DNA of 64,000 nt from Ascidiella aspersa (Eukaryota). A program made the position numbers and the translations under genes. This document shows positions 62,187 through 64,000 of the stretch, piece after piece. How positions within the stretch are numbered: position 1 is the stretch's first letter; every line of letters begins with the position of its first letter. The notes under the pieces are model-generated. The model did not search any database. It saw only the letters and a list, made by a program, of their open reading frames with translations, and had not been told where the DNA came from. The stretch spans positions 31,992,001 to 32,056,000 of the forward strand of contig OZ004608.1 of the NCBI GenBank assembly GCA_963924565.1, given 5' to 3'.

Positions 62187-64000
62187 TTTTTTTTATACTT
62201 CCTTTAACGCCCGATAAATCGCAATCGCCGTCGTTGTTCTTATTGGCTGCTGGAAGCAATATTAGAAACTGTAACTTTGCATTCAACTTAGAAATAAGTA
62301 CGCTGTAACAAAGATTTGAAGAAAAGTTATAGCTGCGGTTGCCTTCTATACAGCGTGCTGTGCCTATGAGGGTTTTGGTTACAAAAAATAAACGCTCAGT
62401 AAAAGTGTGGCGTAATGAGCAAACTTTGTGACATTACTCTATACAGAATAAGGCTACTGGTAAAGTGAAAACATATATCACTGTTCATTCACGATATGAA
62501 AACGCCCGTTTTAATTACCACATTTCTGCCTTTCATAATATAATACTTGCTGTTTGCATATGCAGGATAAAACTGTAAAATAATTCAGTGACTATAATTT
62601 TTACAATGCTAGTCACCGACTGTTTCTTTCAGGGCGCGTAAAATACTGACTTTCGTTCAATTTAAACCGATTTAATCCGGTGCACAACGGGGCAAATTAT
62701 TCGATGCTGATAAAGGTTTCCGGCAATAAAAGTTGGCTGACGTAACAATTGGTTCCGCTCCTGACCCGGCTCGGAAACTTGCAATCAGTGCTAGGATGGC
62801 CCGAGTTAATTGCTCAACGTTTTGAGTCCTTTTTAAATAAACTGACTTTTTTCTTGATCGTTAATCTACACAGGGTATAACTTTTTATATTATTTTTTAT
62901 ATTTTTTTATGAATGGCAATTTTTTTTCGTATTTTCAACCTTTTCTCTTATTATGCTGTTATTGCGATATATGATTCGCCTTGGCTTATAGACAACTTAT
63001 CAAAGTTTTTTCACTTTGACTGAACTAAAATACACCAATTGTTCGACTTGTGTTATTGTTAAAAAAATATTTTATAAACTTAAATGCCTTACCAAACAAA
63101 AATACTTTTAGTAATTTAGATTTTAGTAAAAAAAAAACGAAATCGTGACAAATTTATTAGACTGGCATCATCTTTTTTTACTTGACTTAAACTAAACTTT
63201 ATAGGTTTAAAAAAAAAACGTTTAACCAACAACGATCTGAAATACTTTCATTTGGATTATTTGTCAAGTATTTGTTTTTTATTAGTTGTTAAGCTTTCTC
63301 TAACTGTATAATTACCTAAAATACAATTTATTTCTCGGAATCTATTAGAATACTTCTGTACATTTGCTAGGAAAAAGTTACAATTTTTAAACTCAACTAA
63401 TTTATGTTATTGGTTACAAAATGACCAACTTTCTGAGAACAACAAAAAAAGTGTCCGCCCTTCCCGACTGCTACAATCAACAACAAGAGAAAGTGAAACC
63501 GCCCCAGCCCAATTGTTTCCTTAGTGATTTACGTAATTTCACCGCGACCGGTGTTCCGCCAGTTTAAGTAAACCTGTAAGAGAACGAACCGGTGTCAGTT
63601 TGGCGGAACAACAGTTCCTTAGAAAACCGTGATGGTTGTGTAATGACAAGTCGGTGATTTATGCTGATGATAATTGTTTTTGCTTATTGCGCATTTTTGC
63701 TTTAATCTTCTCTTTTATCGTTGATATTTCCTATTTTCTGATGTAACCTGAGTTCCTTATACCTTCAGGATCAATTGACTCGATAACCACTGTGTGGTTC
63801 TTTGTTGATCCTTTGCTACTGTGTTCGCATTGTAGCAACAAATAAACAGGTATCTTATTGATTTCGCAATGACACTTTTGCCTTTTAAACGTCATTTTGC
63901 CTGTTAGTTAGAAACAACATTAATTTCCCATTCTATTTTACATACAAATTAGCACATTGCATTTCAGATTTTTACATTATCAAAAGCACGAGTTCTTTCA

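Noticed and set aside
63420-64000. GC-box promoter-like patch, possible + strand exon (63769-63849) and C/D-like boxes
   Set aside because: Truncated by the window edge; no ORF or recognisable guide sequence to support a call.
1-64000. CRISPR arrays, prokaryotic operons, rRNA/tRNA genes, intact transposase or RT genes
   Set aside because: The sequence is spliceosomal-intron eukaryotic DNA; no repeat-spacer array, canonical tRNA/rRNA or intact TE ORF was seen.

Overview
Eukaryotic, AT-rich animal genomic DNA with compact genes and canonical GT-AG introns. Gene content and architecture suggest an invertebrate chordate, probably an ascidian tunicate (inference). The left 28 kb is a dense block with three head-to-head pairs: AKAP14/CEP76, SRRM2(CWC21)/PXMP4 and a short dystrophin-family gene/SNRPG. 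It also holds EIF2B1 and two orphan genes at the left edge. CEP76, EIF2B1 and the dystrophin-like gene have intronless CDSs. At 30-33 kb lies a spliced, apparently non-coding plus-strand locus rich in RNA secondary structure. An orphan coiled-coil gene occupies 35.9-46 kb, and a 14-exon cyclic-nucleotide-gated (CNG) channel gene with a highly divergent pore loop occupies 49.9-62.2 kb. Introns and intergenic DNA carry many non-autonomous DNA transposons (hAT-like MITEs, some nested, and a MITE family with telomere-like internal motifs). Best leads: the divergent-pore CNG channel, the stand-alone intronless mini-dystrophin lacking its first C-terminal coiled-coil helix, and two unannotated structured-RNA candidates (10.14-10.40 kb and 31.1-31.5 kb). 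All exon structures and RNA pairings were worked out by eye.
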